A stretch of DNA of 64,000 nucleotides from a bacterium (GTDB lineage Bacteria; Orphanbacterota; Orphanbacteria; Orphanbacterales; Orphanbacteraceae), in the NCBI GenBank assembly GCA_025782575.1, contig JALGYY010000035.1:340670-404669 (forward strand). Direction: 5' to 3'. Numbering within the stretch: position 1 is the stretch's first letter; every line of letters starts with the position of its first letter. Shown one piece after another: positions 47,098 through 56,979 of this stretch. The notes under the pieces were generated by a model. That model worked only from the letters and a program-made list of their open reading frames with translations, was not told the origin of the DNA and did not search any database. The position numbers were made by a program, and so were the translations under genes.

Positions 47098-50058
47098 CTA
47101 CTTCACAAGCAACATCTTTTTCGTTTCGGAAAACTCGCCACTCGTCAATTTATAGAAGTAGACCCCCGATGAGACTGGCTTACCTTTCAAATCCGTCCCG
47201 TCCCACGCTGTCTCGTAGCGGCCCGCTTTCTGCGTTCCGTCAATCAGGGTCCGGACACGGCGACCACCTACATTGAAAACTTCCATAGTGACCCGCCCTT
47301 CCCTGGGAATGGCATAGGCGATACGGGTAGTAGGATTGAACGGATTGGGATGGTTCCCGTCAAGTGAGTACGCTCTCGGCGCCAACCCTGCAATTTCGTC
47401 GGCCGACCCGCCGATTCCGGTCGCGATACCAGGACGGACGAATCGGAACTCATCGACTCCGGCGTGAATTCTTGTGGGCGCCCCGGTATCCCGGGCTACG
47501 AATCGAAACTGCACACTGTCGATTGTGCCGAACATCGCGCCGAGATCGAGTTCGACTTCGACCCAGGATTCCGTTCCCGTTTCAACGTGTTCGATCTCGG
47601 TCCAGCTTGAACCGCCGTCCACACTGACAACCGGATCCCACACTTCATCCAGGGTCTCCAGCGGGCCGTCGGCTCCGAAGTTATTGGAATACCAGCGGTG
47701 ATAGCGAGCCACAACGCCCGGCGATCCGCCCAATTGATAGAACGGAGAGTAGAGCGTGGTCTTCCCTTCCTTTACCTCGTTATTTGCACCTGTCGGACCG
47801 GTGAAGAAGCAGTTTATTCCGTCAGGCGTGACGTCGTCCTCCGGCCTTGTGGCCTTCATCACAGGGTCGCCGTTCGCCCAGATGCCTTTCGTGGCATCGT
47901 CAGTCGAGTCGCCGAGTGTCCACCCGCCTACGCTCTCACAAGGATCGTAGATGAAGACCACGTCGTACCAGTGGTTGTTTGCCGGGGCGTTAGGAGGACT
48001 CCAGTTCACATGGAACACCGAATCCGCTGCTTCGACATAGTACTGTACCCGAGAGCCCTGAACCTGCGCCGGGATCGAAGCGTCGTATTCATCAGGATTC
48101 GCCGTAGCGGTCATCGAAACGGACGAAAAAACGCCTCCGTCCACGTTGTAGTAGAGCGTGACCGATGAAGGATCGATCCCCCCGCTCAATCCCTCGACAA
48201 GCGCGGTAACCGTGCGTGCGCTCAGCGTGTCGGTGGTCGAAGGAAGGCCGGCGTGAGTGATCTGGACACCGGCGGAAATCACAGGAACAGTAAACCCGAT
48301 TTCCTCGGCCGCCCCTGCGAATTCGACGAAATTGGGAGTCCCCGTGTCGAGATCGCCATCATTGTCATCATAGATAAACGTCCACGTTACCTGATCCTGG
48401 ACGTTAGAAGGTATTCCGGCCGAACGGCTCTGCTGCCAGATGATCGGGAGGAGCGAGTCTGTAAATGTTTCGCCATAGGAGGTGATCATCCGGTTCCGGG
48501 TCTCCCAGAAGTACGCTGAAATCGCCTGGCCGTCATGATGGCCTGAGCCGTTATTGTCATCCGGGAATACGTAGCCCATGCTTGCGCTACGGATCCCGTG
48601 GTTGCAGGCCCCGTTAGTGAAACCGATGCCGAGGGTGGGCCGCTTCAAAAGGAGCAAGCTGATCACATCGGAGTTGCCTTCGCTCTGGGCACTGCTGAAA
48701 GGGTTTCCGGAATAGGTCCACTGAGAAATTCCGTGGCCGTACTCATGGTAGATCACGTCACCCAGCAAGGCCGTGTTTGCGAACGATGGCGATCCGAGAC
48801 AGTAGTTCGTGGAGGCACCGTCCCACCAGGCATTACCAGGGCAGAATCCGTCGGTCCTCTCCAGATTGACTGTCATTTTGAAGTCATCGGCTGTCATGGC
48901 CGGATCGATTTCCTGCAACTTGTCGCGCACAACCCAGTGGTGGTACCAGGCGTCTCTTTCCGCCGCTCGTGAGTTGCTGTCGTCCCAGTAGAAATCAGCC
49001 ACCTCTTCGACGAGAAGATCGATCGTATCACCGGAGATGGGAGGGCCGTTGGCGATCGTCTGAATGAACCTCGGACCGTTGAAACGGATGTCCACCGTCA
49101 CGCTGCCGGTCTCAGCTGTCGTAAAACTCCAGAGGCCGTCATCAGAAGTATTGGTACGCTGACCATCCGACAGATTGACGAACTGCTTCTTGAGGGGCAG
49201 ATTGTCCAGCGTTCCGCAGTAGTCCGGGTTATCGACATCAGCCCGAATCGATCCCGAAACCGTCGCCATTTCATATGTCTGCCGGCGAGCGTAGATCTCC
49301 CCGGTATTGGCATCGATCCAGTTCTCCCATCCGCCGAACGGATTGCTCATGTGGAGAATCACCTTCCAGGTGGGGCGATAGACGTAGCCGTCTCCCTCTT
49401 CCTGCGGGTAGATGAAGAGTTCAGGATCCTCTCGCATGAAGTCGAAATCATCCACGAATGACATGTCCCCTTTGGCGATCGCTACCGCCTCCTGCTCGGA
49501 GATCAGCCCTTCCACATCGGCTTCCATACCGGGATGAAAGTCCGACCCGATCGCAAAGATCCGGCCCGACTCGGTCATCACCACATGGGCACGACCGCCG
49601 TATACCCAGAGTCCTTCATATATCTCTCGAAATACGACCGACCACTTCCCATTCGTTCCGACCGTCCAGGGCTCGCCCAATCGGCCCGCACTCAGGTGAA
49701 GCAGGTCCTCGTTTTCAGTCAGGAATGTGCGCGCAATTTCTTCGGCCCTTGTCTTGTCGGCCACATGCTCGTTCACATAGTTGAACCCGCTTCCGAGGAT
49801 GTGGTGGGGAGTTCCCAGGATCGGATCCCGTTGGATGGCCCAGTTCCCACCGAAGCGATTCTTGAATTCCTGCAGGTCAGGATCGATCCGCTCTTCGCTA
49901 CGGACGAAGCGTTCGAACACCTTCTCCTGGATACCCGATTTGCCGAACTCGAGCGCCTGCTGGGATTCGGCCGGCCGGAATGCGGCCGATGGTGACACCA
50001 GGAGCGCCGACAGGCATAGAAATGCGAAAACTCTGCGATCTAGAGACATACACTCCAC
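47098..50058 (-). CDS. secreted M4/thermolysin-like zinc metallopeptidase with propeptide and FlgD/T9SS-like C-terminal domain
   Basis: NAWWDG, HEYGH and SEGNSD; C-terminal NHPNPFNPTT..WDG..SSGVYFYKL..KMLLVK. Confidence 0.85.
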   Translation of the reverse strand: MECMSLDRRVFAFLCLSALLVSPSAAFRPAESQQALEFGKSGIQEKVFERFVRSEERIDPDLQEFKNRFGGNWAIQRDPILGTPHHILGSGFNYVNEHVADKTRAEEIARTFLTENEDLLHLSAGRLGEPWTVGTNGKWSVVFREIYEGLWVYGGRAHVVMTESGRIFAIGSDFHPGMEADVEGLISEQEAVAIAKGDMSFVDDFDFMREDPELFIYPQEEGDGYVYRPTWKVILHMSNPFGGWENWIDANTGEIYARRQTYEMATVSGSIRADVDNPDYCGTLDNLPLKKQFVNLSDGQRTNTSDDGLWSFTTAETGSVTVDIRFNGPRFIQTIANGPPISGDTIDLLVEEVADFYWDDSNSRAAERDAWYHHWVVRDKLQEIDPAMTADDFKMTVNLERTDGFCPGNAWWDGASTNYCLGSPSFANTALLGDVIYHEYGHGISQWTYSGNPFSSAQSEGNSDVISLLLLKRPTLGIGFTNGACNHGIRSASMGYVFPDDNNGSGHHDGQAISAYFWETRNRMITSYGETFTDSLLPIIWQQSRSAGIPSNVQDQVTWTFIYDDNDGDLDTGTPNFVEFAGAAEEIGFTVPVISAGVQITHAGLPSTTDTLSARTVTALVEGLSGGIDPSSVTLYYNVDGGVFSSVSMTATANPDEYDASIPAQVQGSRVQYYVEAADSVFHVNWSPPNAPANNHWYDVVFIYDPCESVGGWTLGDSTDDATKGIWANGDPVMKATRPEDDVTPDGINCFFTGPTGANNEVKEGKTTLYSPFYQLGGSPGVVARYHRWYSNNFGADGPLETLDEVWDPVVSVDGGSSWTEIEHVETGTESWVEVELDLGAMFGTIDSVQFRFVARDTGAPTRIHAGVDEFRFVRPGIATGIGGSADEIAGLAPRAYSLDGNHPNPFNPTTRIAYAIPREGRVTMEVFNVGGRRVRTLIDGTQKAGRYETAWDGTDLKGKPVSSGVYFYKLTSGEFSETKKMLLVK

Positions 50059-50214
50059 CCTTCAGCTGTTGGGAGACAAGCTGGAACATTCATTTCGGCT
50101 GGAGCAGCCGATCTGGGGGTTCTAGAGTAACTATATCAAAACCGGTGCAAAAGAACGAGCAAAAAGCTCCTATCCTTTCAATATCAGGATCAGCGAAGCG
50201 GTGGGACAAACGGC

Positions 50215-51822
50215 TCAATCACCCAGGTAACCGAGGGCCTTCAGCCTCTCCAGGGCGGCAGGGTCGATTTCAACTGTATCAACTTCTACTGACCCGATCC
50301 CCGCTATCTCGGCCATCTTGAGGTCGAGTATCTTTTTGTGGATCGCGGCCTCCGCCGCCCTTTCGTACAAGAGGTTCTTTGTCTCACCCGGATCCTCGGT
50401 GAGATCGAAATAGAGATCGCCCGGGTCGATCTGGCCCTCGAAATTGATCACTCGAATGTACTTTCTATCTTTGGTCCGGATGCCGCGAATATCGTACGGC
50501 CCATATCGCTGCAGAAGCTCTTCATGGTAAGCAATGCGCTCCGGCCCGTCGTTGTTGCCGTAGACAAGGGGGAGCGCACTCCGGCCCCGGGCCGTTTCGT
50601 CGGGCTCCAGTCCGAGATACTCGAGAACGGTCGGGACGATATCTACACTGGAAACCACATCATCGATCTCCTGACCGGTCCGCCCCATAGGCGGGAATCG
50701 GACGGGAGAGGGAATCGAAAGCACCATCGGCACGTGAACGGAACCTTCATAGATGATCTTGTTGTGCCCCCAGAAACCGTGTTCCCAGAACTCCTCTCCA
50801 TGGTCGGAAGTGTAGATGACAAGCGTGTTTTCCCACTCGCCCCGCGTTTCAAGCGCGGAAACAAGCTTGCGCAGTTCGGAATCCCAGTAGGCGATCGCGC
50901 CGTCGTATTGGGCCAGAAGATTTTGGAGTACCCGTTGCTCGGGCTTGCCGAGTTCATGCTTCCAATCCGAAACAGGCGCTTGGTCCCACTCCGGATCGAA
51001 CAGTTTCTGGTAAGCAGGAGGCGGCTCATACGGATTGTGAGGATCGATATAGAAAAGAAAACCGAAGAGGGGTCGATCTTCCTCTCTTCCGTCAATCCAG
51101 TTCAGGAACTTACCGTTCACACGGCCGGCCGGAGTGTGGGCCCAGTTCGGGTCATGTTCGAACTTGTCGAAACCCTGTGAGTATCCCTGCCGTGGTCCCA
51201 GGTGGGGATTGGTGGCGTAGCCATAGGTCTGATAGCCGGCATCGCTCAGGTATTCGGATAAGAGGGTGAATCGACTGGAAAGCACGTTCGAATAGCTCAC
51301 GATGCCATGCTGACTCGGATAAACGGATGCGAGGATACAGGGCGTGGAAACGATGGTGTGCGTCCCCTGTGAAACACCGTTCGTAAAGACGACAAGTTCG
51401 TCCCGCTGAGAGTCGAGATAGGGTGTGGTTTCGACCTGATATCCATAGAGGGACAGATGATCCGCTCTGGTAGCATCGGTGACAAGTAGAAGGACGTTCG
51501 GCTCCCCTCGCGTGTTCATGGGGACGAGAATCGCGAAGAGGATACCGGTAGCCAGGAGGCTCGTCCCGTAGGCGATCCCCCTGCTCCGGAACAACCGGTT
51601 CCCGGCAATCACAGCTGGAATTCCGACAAGGAACCCGAGTCCGAGGAACGCTGCCCAGAACACTTTCATCTGGTCAGGAGCCAGGCCGCCGTATGGAATG
51701 GCCATGATCTGCCATAATGCCGCTGCCGCGCCTATGACGATCCCGATCCCCCCCCCGATCAGGGGATTCGCCTTCTCGACCGGAGGGAAGTCCTCCAGAT
51801 CCTCCTCAAGATGATCCACCAA
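50215..51822 (-). CDS. membrane-anchored sulfatase-fold (alkaline phosphatase superfamily) protein with Thr at the nucleophile site
   Basis: 3 TM helices, NVLLLVTDATRADH, GTHTIVS, DPHNPY, TSDHGE and ERLKALGYL; start approximate. Confidence 0.85.
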   Translation of the reverse strand: MVDHLEEDLEDFPPVEKANPLIGGGIGIVIGAAAALWQIMAIPYGGLAPDQMKVFWAAFLGLGFLVGIPAVIAGNRLFRSRGIAYGTSLLATGILFAILVPMNTRGEPNVLLLVTDATRADHLSLYGYQVETTPYLDSQRDELVVFTNGVSQGTHTIVSTPCILASVYPSQHGIVSYSNVLSSRFTLLSEYLSDAGYQTYGYATNPHLGPRQGYSQGFDKFEHDPNWAHTPAGRVNGKFLNWIDGREEDRPLFGFLFYIDPHNPYEPPPAYQKLFDPEWDQAPVSDWKHELGKPEQRVLQNLLAQYDGAIAYWDSELRKLVSALETRGEWENTLVIYTSDHGEEFWEHGFWGHNKIIYEGSVHVPMVLSIPSPVRFPPMGRTGQEIDDVVSSVDIVPTVLEYLGLEPDETARGRSALPLVYGNNDGPERIAYHEELLQRYGPYDIRGIRTKDRKYIRVINFEGQIDPGDLYFDLTEDPGETKNLLYERAAEAAIHKKILDLKMAEIAGIGSVEVDTVEIDPAALERLKALGYLGD

Positions 51823-51934
51823 ACCATCCTCCCTTGACCGGCGTCCGACTACAGAAACGGGAACATGGTAGCACAACGGAATGACCGCGCGGAGAGTGAA
51901 GAAGCGAGAGGGTCACGGCCCGGGATCGGGCCTT

Positions 51935-52744
51935 TCAATACTGTCCGAGAGTACCGTCCCGTCTCGCCCGGTTAATGGCGAAACGAGCGGCGAGAATGCC
52001 TACGAAGAGGGCCACGACCGTAAACGCTATGAGTGAGAGCAGCTCTCTTTGCAGGCTCCCGAGACCGTGACCGCTCAGAAGAGACATGCGCATCCCTTCG
52101 AGCGAATAGGTGAGTGGAATGAATTTCGCAGCATCCTGGAGCCAGTCCGGAAGTACGGTGAGCGGAAAATAGACACCCCCGAGAAGACGGCTGAGAGAAG
52201 TGAAAATCCAGTTCACCGGGTTGCCCCGTTTCATGACCAGAATAAAACTCGCAGCCAGAATGCCGAGGGAAGAAAATGAAACGACGGTCAGGGAGAGAAA
52301 GATCAGTGCCACCGGAATATTCGGATTAGTGAGGCGGAGATCGAAGAAGAGAACACCGACAATGAGATAGAGAACGATCTGGAAGGAGGCCCAGATGAAA
52401 CTCCACATCGATGATGATATCAGATAGGTGGAAAATCGCGTCGGTGTGGAGAGAACCGCCTCGAGCGTGCCGAGCACCTGCTCCTCTCGAATCCGGGCGG
52501 AGAACGAATTCAGTCCCGTGGAGAGGTAGTTGGAGACAGCGACGCCGATCAGCACGAACGAGAAGTAATCGCCGCCATATTTCTCCAGGTAGGGATTCAT
52601 TGTCGTATCTATCAACTGCGCGAGAAAATAGAACATGGTCAGCGTGAGCGCGACAGCAAGAAACTGCATCACAAACGCGAGGCGATAGCTCGAAGCTACG
52701 ACGAGATCTTTCCAGAGAAATGCATACGGTTTGCTCCGATTCAT
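51935..52744 (-). CDS. ABC-2 type exporter permease
   Basis: six TM helices, EQVLGTLEAVLSTP and GVYFP..LPDWLQ. Confidence 0.9.
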   Translation of the reverse strand: MNRSKPYAFLWKDLVVASSYRLAFVMQFLAVALTLTMFYFLAQLIDTTMNPYLEKYGGDYFSFVLIGVAVSNYLSTGLNSFSARIREEQVLGTLEAVLSTPTRFSTYLISSSMWSFIWASFQIVLYLIVGVLFFDLRLTNPNIPVALIFLSLTVVSFSSLGILAASFILVMKRGNPVNWIFTSLSRLLGGVYFPLTVLPDWLQDAAKFIPLTYSLEGMRMSLLSGHGLGSLQRELLSLIAFTVVALFVGILAARFAINRARRDGTLGQY

Positions 52745-53739
52745 TCCTCCACCTTCCTCGAGTACCGCTTGTAGATTTCCTCGAGAGACCCTCGTTCGAT
52801 CTCAAGCCGGCGCATTGTTCCATAGCGACCGCTGAGGGCATGAATCAGACTCTCGGGACTGACATCAGGGCGGCCGAACCGGAGTTCGCAGCGGCCGATA
52901 CCAGGACCGGTCGGAATCAGTTCCAGATTCTCGAGATCCGGAAGGCTTCGGAGCGGCTCGAACCACCCCTCATCAGGATCCGTAACTTCGATACAGACCT
53001 CCAGATGGATCTCGAACTGCTCGACTACCTCATCCGGAGTTCCCGCCGCCAGCACGTGACCCTGATGGAGAAAAACGAGCTTGTCCGAGATTCGATCAAC
53101 AGCGCCGAGATCATGGCTCGCCAACAGAATGGCGCATCCCTCCTCATGGGCGAGATGGCGCAACCGATCTAAAAACAGTGAGCAGGTGTAGGGGTCGAGA
53201 CCTCTCGTCGGCTCATCGAGAATCATGATGGGCTGGCTGCCGATCAGAGCTCTTACTACCGATAACTTCTGCTTCGTCCCGGTGGAATATGTCATGAATC
53301 GAGAATCGATCTCCCGGATCTGAAGCAGCTCCGCCAGTTCGTCGATTCCCTGTCGAATCGTTTTTTCGTCTATGCCTCGGAGTTTCCCGAAGAATCGGAG
53401 ATTCTGGCGGCCGGTCAGGCGGTAATAGAAGCTCCGTTCCTCGGCCATGCAGATACCCAGGCGACTTCTGGTATAGAGGCTGTCCCGGACCGTATCCCGT
53501 CCGTCCACGAGTGCCTCGCCTTCGCCGGGCAGGATGAGCGAGGCGAGGATTTTGAGAGCGGTCGACTTGCCGGAACCGTTCGGGCCTAGCAGGGCTACGA
53601 TTTCGCCCGGGTCGACATGGAAGCTGACATTCTCGAGAGCCTGAATCGATTCCCTCCGAAAGGGATTGCGGAAGAGCGCATCCAGACCACGCTTCACCGG
53701 ATAAGCTTTCGATACCGACTTCAATTCGATGGCGTGCAA
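52741..53739 (-). CDS. ABC exporter ATP-binding protein
   Basis: GPNGSGKS, YSTGTKQ, LDEPT and SH. Confidence 0.93.
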   Translation of the reverse strand: MHAIELKSVSKAYPVKRGLDALFRNPFRRESIQALENVSFHVDPGEIVALLGPNGSGKSTALKILASLILPGEGEALVDGRDTVRDSLYTRSRLGICMAEERSFYYRLTGRQNLRFFGKLRGIDEKTIRQGIDELAELLQIREIDSRFMTYSTGTKQKLSVVRALIGSQPIMILDEPTRGLDPYTCSLFLDRLRHLAHEEGCAILLASHDLGAVDRISDKLVFLHQGHVLAAGTPDEVVEQFEIHLEVCIEVTDPDEGWFEPLRSLPDLENLELIPTGPGIGRCELRFGRPDVSPESLIHALSGRYGTMRRLEIERGSLEEIYKRYSRKVEE

Positions 53740-53771
53740 ACTCGTTCCTCCAGATATCGCTGCCGACTCGT

Positions 53772-54956
53772 TCAGTGAAGACGCCGGAACGGGGAGACTA
53801 TCAGATTCGAAATGACGTCGATCAAAGAAATAAAGCCGGACAAATGTCGCCTGACACGACGTGACACGGGGATCGGCTCTTCCTTCGTATAGTAGAGTTC
53901 GGCGCTATAAGCTTCATCCGGAAAGACAAGCCTCCAGGCGAAGTCGGATAGCTTGTGATCACCGAAGTACGCGGAAGACCAGATTCGGAATCGGAGTTCG
54001 CGGCCCGACGAAATGGGAAAGAAGTCAGACCCGCGATAACGGGATGCGAATCGCTCCACCCGGGACGGCATGGTGGTGTCGTAACGGGGATCACCCCAGA
54101 AGCGGCGGAGAAAGAGGAGCGCCGCCTGCGTCTCCTCTCGCATGCCCCACAATTCGGCGTGCCGGATCACATGATCCGCCGTAATGGAAGGTTGAGCATG
54201 AAAGAGTCTATCGAGATCGACGAGTCGCTTCAGAGATAAATAGTGAGACATGCGCAGACTTGCCATTACATAGACGATCTCATCGAGAGGGGCGAGAAGT
54301 TCGATCGGCGATCCGCCTAAACTTCCCTCGATACGCCGACGGAACAATTTCGACGTATCGACCCGAAGGCTGAACGGATTGTGGAGCAGATTCCAGTGGA
54401 GTTCCACTACGTCGACTGTCTTTCTTCGCCTGACATAGACGACATGAAAGTGATGGCGCCGGTAGAAGCCCCTTGAGTGCACGAGTTCGAAGAGCGCGTA
54501 GCCGAGTGATTCAAGAAGGCGCTCGGCTGTGGCGAGCTGCTCCGGAGGCACGAGCAGATCAAGATCGCGCACATCACGCAGCGAGGAATCGCCGTAGTTT
54601 CGCTCGGCCAGCGGGAGACCCTTCAGAACCAGACAGTGGACCTCCCCCTTCCGAAAGTGCCCGAGAACTTCCTTCAATTCATGTTCTCGAAGAAGGGATC
54701 GAACGATGCTCTTCTCCGATTCGTTCAGGAGACGGTCGACGAGACTGGGCGGTGCGAGTTCGCGCAGCCAATCCGTCTTCAGAATGGCAGAGGCTGCGAG
54801 AGGGACGATCTTAGTAGAGAACAAGAGTTCCTCGAAGCGGTCCCAGACGAACCATCGAGAATCGGCGATGATGGCCCCGATTCTCGTCCGATCGAGTTCC
54901 ACTCGGAGCACTTCCCTGACAAGGTCCATTTCAGAAGACAGACGGACACCGTTCAT
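53772..54956 (-). CDS. nucleotidyltransferase family protein (NTP_transf_5-like)
   Basis: VLKG..LA...Y....R...DLDLLV and VELHW. Confidence 0.88.
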   Translation of the reverse strand: MNGVRLSSEMDLVREVLRVELDRTRIGAIIADSRWFVWDRFEELLFSTKIVPLAASAILKTDWLRELAPPSLVDRLLNESEKSIVRSLLREHELKEVLGHFRKGEVHCLVLKGLPLAERNYGDSSLRDVRDLDLLVPPEQLATAERLLESLGYALFELVHSRGFYRRHHFHVVYVRRRKTVDVVELHWNLLHNPFSLRVDTSKLFRRRIEGSLGGSPIELLAPLDEIVYVMASLRMSHYLSLKRLVDLDRLFHAQPSITADHVIRHAELWGMREETQAALLFLRRFWGDPRYDTTMPSRVERFASRYRGSDFFPISSGRELRFRIWSSAYFGDHKLSDFAWRLVFPDEAYSAELYYTKEEPIPVSRRVRRHLSGFISLIDVISNLIVSPFRRLH

Positions 54957-55477
54957 TCCTTCCGCCCCCGATCCCGGGCAAAATAGGCGCTGTGATCAGC
55001 GTCACCCCCTATCGCTCCGTTTCTAGGGAGCGAAAACAGGGAAACGAACTTCGCGATGTCTTCATCGGTCTCCAGAAAAGGCTTTCCTTCGAGGGTGAGC
55101 CAGGAGTGTCCCTCCCATCCCTCTTCCCGGGGATCGACGCCGAAAGAGACCCGGACCGGTACGCCGCTCCGGCGGAAGAGATGGGAGAGCAGCAGGCACC
55201 GGCGAAGGCAGGTGCGTTTGAACGGGAAGAGAGGGGAGCGCAACAGCTTCTCGGTAAGGGCGTAGGAAATAGCCGCGCCTTCGATGTGGGGCTCCACTCC
55301 TTCGGGTAAGCCGGTTGTGGGAAAGAGGCTCTCCACCGGCCTCCAGGGGAGAAGCAGAAAAAGACGAATCGCTGTGAGGGTCGACCTGAGAATATGCCAG
55401 AAATTTGGCGGCCGAAGGAGTACATGCCCAGGGAGCGAGTACTCGACGATCGCTCTTTCCAGGTGAGGCACTTCCAT
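54953..55477 (-). CDS. lasso-peptide B2-type leader peptidase (transglutaminase-like)
   Basis: TCLRR..L and V.FGV..GHSWL provide the catalytic Cys and His. Confidence 0.88.
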   Translation of the reverse strand: MEVPHLERAIVEYSLPGHVLLRPPNFWHILRSTLTAIRLFLLLPWRPVESLFPTTGLPEGVEPHIEGAAISYALTEKLLRSPLFPFKRTCLRRCLLLSHLFRRSGVPVRVSFGVDPREEGWEGHSWLTLEGKPFLETDEDIAKFVSLFSLPRNGAIGGDADHSAYFARDRGRKE

Positions 55478-55503
55478 GAGATGGGTTCCATGCGTCCGGG
55501 GTG

Positions 55504-56466
55504 CTAGAGCAGGTCCTCGCGGATCCGATCAGCCAGCGACCGGGCATCCCCCCCGAAGAGGAGCCGGTAAGGCTGTACGCCATCTACCATTTCGCCTAGT
55601 ACGTCGATGTGATTCTGAACGAGCTCTTTCGCGGCAGGCAACACCGATTGCGGAATGAGCCTGATCAGCGCTTCCTCTTTCGTCACCGGTTCGAATGTCG
55701 TCCGGGGCTCCGTCACGACTTCAGGAAAAAGAAGCAGACTAGGTGCCACGCCGCCTCTTCTTCCCCCGCCGGGAAGGTCGGCCTCCTCCAATATAAGTTT
55801 TCCCATCTCCGAGGTGAAGCGTTTCCCCCACTCGGGGAAGAACCTTTGGGATCCTCTGCCGATTTTGACCGGCTCCGGGAACGCATCCATGACAATCCCT
55901 TCATCGGATCTTGAAAGAAACAGAGTGTCGTCGGAAATGAGCGGACATCCCGACATGATCGCGGAGAGCGCGGAGGTGGACTTCCCGGAACCGCTCATTC
56001 CGCTCACAACCACGCCCCGCTGATCGACCAGGAAGCCGGCGCCATGCAATGGGAAATGTCCTCGCTTTCGCATCCATTCAATCAGGGGAAGATAAAAGAG
56101 CCTGTGCCCGATGATCCATGAATTGGATTCATGGTCCGGATGAACGAGACACTCCACCGTACCGCTCTCCAGGTCGCACCGAGCAAGAGAACGTTTCTCG
56201 ACGACAATCAAAAGCTCGCCATCTTCGTCGTGTATGGTGAAGTCTCGAGCTGCGGAGAAAGAGAGGGGCTCACTGCGAGGCATGGCCGGCCGGCCGACTT
56301 CCTGCTGAAGGCGAAATTGATAGTGGAGGTCTGGCTCTCGACCGATGATATCGACCTCGAGCAGAGCGGCTGCGCGAAGAACCGATGCACGCACCGCTCG
56401 ACTCGGGCAGTCCACCTCGATCGTCTGATCGAGCAGCGCCAGACTGATCCTGTCCGGTCTGCTCAT
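55504..56466 (-). CDS. HPr-kinase-related peptide kinase
   Basis: LHGA, Walker A GMSGSGKST and ISDD. Confidence 0.87.
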   Translation of the reverse strand: MSRPDRISLALLDQTIEVDCPSRAVRASVLRAAALLEVDIIGREPDLHYQFRLQQEVGRPAMPRSEPLSFSAARDFTIHDEDGELLIVVEKRSLARCDLESGTVECLVHPDHESNSWIIGHRLFYLPLIEWMRKRGHFPLHGAGFLVDQRGVVVSGMSGSGKSTSALSAIMSGCPLISDDTLFLSRSDEGIVMDAFPEPVKIGRGSQRFFPEWGKRFTSEMGKLILEEADLPGGGRRGGVAPSLLLFPEVVTEPRTTFEPVTKEEALIRLIPQSVLPAAKELVQNHIDVLGEMVDGVQPYRLLFGGDARSLADRIREDLL

Positions 56467-56468
56467 CC

Positions 56469-56750
56469 CTAGTCGCTGATTGTGACGAGGCCGTCTTCCG
56501 CCAACCGCTCGGCCAATTCAATGCAGTCCGTAAGGGCGATCGACTCTTCCACGTCAAATGAACCGGCGAGCCGGCGGGCGATTTCGCGTACTGACCTCGT
56601 ACCATCAATCGCTTCCCATATGAACCGGCCGGTGCTGTTCAAGCTGAAGTAATAGCCACTTTTCAGATCGACGAGAATGCCTTTTCCATCCACGCTGCGG
56701 GAGGGGGCATCCGGTGATTGGGTCAATATGGTACCCTCTGAAATTGACAA
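56469..56750 (-). CDS. PqqD/RRE (lasso B1-type) leader-binding protein
   Basis: GYYFSLNSTGRFIWEAIDG..V.EIA..L...FDV..D....L..DGLV. Confidence 0.92.
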   Translation of the reverse strand: MSISEGTILTQSPDAPSRSVDGKGILVDLKSGYYFSLNSTGRFIWEAIDGTRSVREIARRLAGSFDVEESIALTDCIELAERLAEDGLVTISD

Positions 56751-56788
56751 TCTCTTACCCCCTTTTCATCCGCAGAGAGTCTGTCTCC

Positions 56789-56822
56789 AAAAAAAAGATG
56801 GGAAGGCAACGCCTTCCCATCT
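56789..56822 (-). terminator. intrinsic terminator between the precursor genes and modification genes
   Basis: perfect 12-bp stem AGATGGGAAGGC-GTT-GCCTTCCCATCT followed by a T-run. Confidence 0.88.
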
Positions 56823-56847
56823 CTCACAATCGTTCGAATTTCGAAAA

Positions 56848-56979
56848 TCAGCCGCCGTCAACCGGATCGTGCAACTGCGTTTCAATAGCGGGAATGTGAA
56901 CCCTGGCAGTTGAAACAAGCGTGATTTCCCTGAGATTGTCATGCCGAATGATCTCAGGTGTTTCGTACGCTATTTTCAT
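56848..56979 (-). CDS. RiPP precursor peptide A2 (43 aa) MKIAYETPEIIRHDNLREITLVSTARVHIPAIETQLHDPVDGG
   Basis: translated by hand; lasso-type leader YxxPxI...T-x; ATGA overlap with A1. Confidence 0.88.
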   Translation of the reverse strand: MKIAYETPEIIRHDNLREITLVSTARVHIPAIETQLHDPVDGG

